64,000 bases of DNA from Candidatus Bathyarchaeota archaeon (GTDB lineage: Archaea > Thermoproteota > Bathyarchaeia > Bathyarchaeales > Bathycorpusculaceae): positions 231,402 to 295,401 of the forward strand of contig CAWABA010000011.1 of assembly GCA_963780185.1 (NCBI GenBank), given 5' to 3'. Positions 61,011 to 64,000 of the stretch are shown here, one piece after another (the stretch's first letter is position 1; each line of letters begins with the position of its first letter). Position numbers and translations under genes: made by a program. The notes under the pieces were generated by a model. That model did no database searches and had not been told where the DNA came from. It worked only from the letters and a program-made list of their open reading frames with translations.

Positions 61011-61220
61011 TCATATTCTGTTGAAGTATTCCAGAGGCGCATACCAGTAAATGCTAATTGTCTTCCCGCATTCTGGATTTTTGCATTTAACCTTGGCCTT
61101 CACAACATCACCGTGAAAACTGCTCCGTATCGGCTTGTCTGAGGAAAATGCTGTGTGAAGATTGTCAGGCGGGTCAACTTCAAAAGGTTTGTAGCAAAAG
61201 GGACATTCGAGAACGGCCAT
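61011..61220 (-). CDS. small zinc-finger protein
   Basis: CPFC ... CKNPECG. Confidence 0.7.
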   Translation of the reverse strand: MAVLECPFCYKPFEVDPPDNLHTAFSSDKPIRSSFHGDVVKAKVKCKNPECGKTISIYWYAPLEYFNRI

Positions 61221-61301
61221 AAACCACCCTCAGCTAATAATACTGCAAGCAATGCTAAAAACTTGGCGATTCAACAAAGCAGGAGTTTTTTAGTTTTGGA
61301 T

Positions 61302-61964
61302 TCATTTTTGGGTTATCGCTTTATAGACCTCTGACGCGATAAGTGCCGCTCCTTGACTGTTAGGGTGTACGCCGTCCACGAAATACTCTGAATGATTGTC
61401 GAACGCTGTGTACACGTCGATTATTGGTAAATTCATTTTGTTCGCCAACTCTTCGATTTTGGGAACAACTGTTCCACCAAAATAGGGAATGCTCAAGTCT
61501 GAGCTGTTGCTGAAAATCGGCGGAGGCGTCACAATCCAGATTCGCGGTTTACTCTGCAGTTGTTGGAATGCGTTGATGAGTTTTATGTAGTCTCCTTCGA
61601 AGGTTGCGTTGGACGGGCGAAGCATCTGGAGATCGTCGTTGGTTCCAAGCATAATAATAACGATATTTGGCTTGAAATTCAAGGCGTTTTGGAATTCAGA
61701 CTGGTTCATGTACGGTTCCCATGAATCAAGTTGCACGGTTGATCCGTTGACGCCGAAGTTGCCCACTAAGTAGTGCGAGTCAAGCATCGCTTGAAGATCA
61801 GACGGGTACTCAGTTGAAGCAGTGATACTATCGCCGACGCACGCCACACGAATTGGTCTCGCGGCGTGTGTGATATGGAGACCTAAAGGTTGAAAACTGA
61901 CGATTAAAGTCGCCGAAACAATTATTGCAATCACGATTGCCACCAACTTTACTTTGTTTTCCAT
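61302..61964 (-). CDS. GDSL/SGNH esterase, membrane-anchored
   Basis: CVGDSIT, NFGVNG, MLGTND, DGVHP. Confidence 0.92.
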   Translation of the reverse strand: MENKVKLVAIVIAIIVSATLIVSFQPLGLHITHAARPIRVACVGDSITASTEYPSDLQAMLDSHYLVGNFGVNGSTVQLDSWEPYMNQSEFQNALNFKPNIVIIMLGTNDDLQMLRPSNATFEGDYIKLINAFQQLQSKPRIWIVTPPPIFSNSSDLSIPYFGGTVVPKIEELANKMNLPIIDVYTAFDNHSEYFVDGVHPNSQGAALIASEVYKAITQK

Positions 61965-62129
61965 TCGCTGCTTATCAACCGAATCCTATTTTTACTCCCT
62001 TTTGCCGATATCGTTCGCCTTTCATTCGCCAGCTGATAATGAGTCAATAAAACTGATGCCGTCTCCTTTAAAGGATGTTGCAGTCCAGGGCAAGTCCGAA
62101 TTAGGCGATTTTATCCAGATGAGTAATTT

Positions 62130-62420
62130 CTAAAACTTGTTTTTTAGGTCTGCAATGGTTCTAAAACAGACCGCATGGGTTAACTTAAGCCCCTTTGCTA
62201 TTGGCCTTTTGTTTGGTTGGGTTTCTTCAGGTGTATTTTTCTCAAAAAACGTGATTACAAATAAGCCCATTCCGATGAGCAGGAAAATCCCGCCGAAAGC
62301 AAACAAAACAGCCTCATACTGCTGGTAGTCGCCTGCCAAAGCCGCTATTCCCCCAACTAAGAAGATGGTCCCTAAAATTGCCAATGCCGCTCCCAGCAGT
62401 CTCCAGCCTGACTCAGCCAT
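62130..62420 (-). CDS. two-TM membrane protein
   Basis: two hydrophobic helices. Confidence 0.6.
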   Translation of the reverse strand: MAESGWRLLGAALAILGTIFLVGGIAALAGDYQQYEAVLFAFGGIFLLIGMGLFVITFFEKNTPEETQPNKRPIAKGLKLTHAVCFRTIADLKNKF

Positions 62421-62506
62421 TTTCATCATGTTAAAGATTAGAGGTTGTGTCATGGATAAAAAATTATCGAGCAACTGAAATCAAGGGAGGGATTGCATCA
62501 AAGGAG

Positions 62507-62971
62507 TTAAAGCATGAGTCTCATTTCGGTCGTCTGTTTGAAGCCGAACTTCTCATACACCGGAATCCCGGCATCTGAAGCGTGAAGGCTCATCGTCTTG
62601 TAGCCATGCTCACGGGACCAATCGATAGCACACTGGATAATCATGCTTGCAACCCCTGCCCGCCTAAAACCTTCTTCCGTGTACATTGAAAGAAGGTAGG
62701 GCGCCTCCAAACGTGGGTTGATGGGTCGCGGCGCATCTTCTCGAAGCCAAATGCATCCGCTTCCAGCCACGATTCCAGTCTGCGTTTTGGCTATGAACCC
62801 AATGAGTTTGCCTTCAGAGAGTTTAGTTTTGATCCACTGGCGCGTCAAATCTTCCATTTCCTTTGCTTTTTCAGCAAATTCGGGACGTATATCTTTCCAC
62901 ATGCCTACCCTATGCTTTACCAAAAGCTCGATGTCTCCGGCTTTGGCAAGGGAGATTTCAAATTTAGTCAT
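62507..62971 (-). CDS. GNAT acetyltransferase
   Basis: MYTEEGFRRAGVA, LHAS..G..VYEKFGF. Confidence 0.92.
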   Translation of the reverse strand: MTKFEISLAKAGDIELLVKHRVGMWKDIRPEFAEKAKEMEDLTRQWIKTKLSEGKLIGFIAKTQTGIVAGSGCIWLREDAPRPINPRLEAPYLLSMYTEEGFRRAGVASMIIQCAIDWSREHGYKTMSLHASDAGIPVYEKFGFKQTTEMRLML

Positions 62972-62974
62972 TTC

Positions 62975-64000
62975 TTACGCTCCTGTCAATTGATTTTTTT
63001 CTTCAGGCATTTTCGTTTTTCGGAAATAATACCAGAATAAGCCGATGGAGATTAGGTAAAGTAATGCTGCTAGGAAGAACGGGGCGGCTAAGAGTCCCAG
63101 GCCTATTAGCCAGGCGCCGACGAATGAGCTTAACGCGTTTGGCAATCTCCAAAGGGCAGCGCTTATGCCTGAGGCTGCGCCGCGTTCATCTTCAGGGACG
63201 AGCCCCATAATCATCGACTGCGCGAGCGGGCTTGACATGTTCATGAGAAATGCTCTTGACGTGTAAACCACGCTGGCGAAGATGTAGTTTGGAGACAGCG
63301 GTGTTGCGAACATGAATATTGTTGAGGCGGCTTCGGTTATGACGATGGAGTTGACGATTCCAAATCTTTTTGCAAGTGAAGGAGCAGCCAGAGTGGATAT
63401 GCCCACTATAATGCTTGAAACTCCCAGGATGGGACCGCTCAAAGAGTCAGGTATGCCGTATTGAGCTTTCATCCAAGCCGTCATCAATGGAACGATCATG
63501 CCTGCGCCGACGGCGATTATGGCGCCTGTTATGACGTATTTCACTAAAACGTTTTTTGATTTTCTCGGAAGCAGTTCCCTCAATGTTGCTTTGGCTTTGC
63601 TGGTTTTTGTCTCACTGATTTTTAACATTATCAATGTTGAAGATAGGCTAAGAGCAGCAAGCACAACGTAGAGGAGAACGTGGCTTTCTTTATTGGAGAA
63701 CCCGCCCATCGATGATGTAGCCAAGATTGCGACGGCGCCTACCCCGAAAGCCGTGCTGTTGGCAAAGCCGAACATGGAGAAGACGCTGTTCCTCTTTGTG
63801 TCATCGGCTTTTGCCGCAAGCAACGCGCTCACTGACGCAGATGAGGCTGCTTCTGAGATGCCTTCGAAAACAGCCGCGGCAATCAGCAACGCTGGGTTTG
63901 TGGTTAAGGCGAAAACTGCGATGATGAGGCTGGCTATAACGTTGCTAAGTATCAGGATTCGTTTTCTGCCGTATTTGTCGGCTGCGATTCCCATGGGAAT
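62975..64000 (-). CDS. MFS transporter (5' end outside the window)
   Basis: GIAADKYGRKR motif A; multiple TMs. Confidence 0.9.
   Translation of the reverse strand: MPMGIAADKYGRKRILILSNVIASLIIAVFALTTNPALLIAAAVFEGISEAASSASVSALLAAKADDTKRNSVFSMFGFANSTAFGVGAVAILATSSMGGFSNKESHVLLYVVLAALSLSSTLIMLKISETKTSKAKATLRELLPRKSKNVLVKYVITGAIIAVGAGMIVPLMTAWMKAQYGIPDSLSGPILGVSSIIVGISTLAAPSLAKRFGIVNSIVITEAASTIFMFATPLSPNYIFASVVYTSRAFLMNMSSPLAQSMIMGLVPEDERGAASGISAALWRLPNALSSFVGAWLIGLGLLAAPFFLAALLYLISIGLFWYYFRKTKMPEEKNQLTGA

Noticed and set aside
1-64000. Genome-wide amber recoding
   Set aside because: Several genes end at TAG where homology ends (for example hel308 and both GT2 paralogs)

Overview
Archaeal chromosomal DNA. 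The rps13-rps4-rps11-rpoD-rpl18e-rpl13-rps9-rpoN operon, Hel308, Pcc1, Dph6 and an intron-containing tRNA show this. Gene content and frequent TTG starts suggest Bathyarchaeia, which is inference only. In order, the window holds: a surface-glycosylation cluster (1-9.2 kb); an unusual four-gene Fe-S/sulfur operon (degenerate iscS, iscU, sufS, small Cys protein); hel308/purB; a PadR-ABC exporter; a RadA paralog with a dead Walker A; a histidine kinase; a split glutamate synthase operon; tRNA-Glu(CUC) with a D-loop intron; a LonC-type protease; dph6 coupled to a glutamine amidotransferase; serA/glyA; vapBC; MscS/ClC/P-type H+-ATPase; the ribosomal/RNAP operon; and accessory genes. Several genes carry single-base frameshifts, most likely assembly errors. 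The best leads lie outside the ORF track. These are two promoter-led, G-U-rich structured RNA candidates (60706-60933 +, multi-helix; about 32161-32335 -, rod-shaped, just upstream of a small nuclease gene), a dispersed TAGACCCCCTCCC repeat family, and two probable CTG start codons. All RNA folds were done by eye. No CRISPR array, integrase or transposase was seen.
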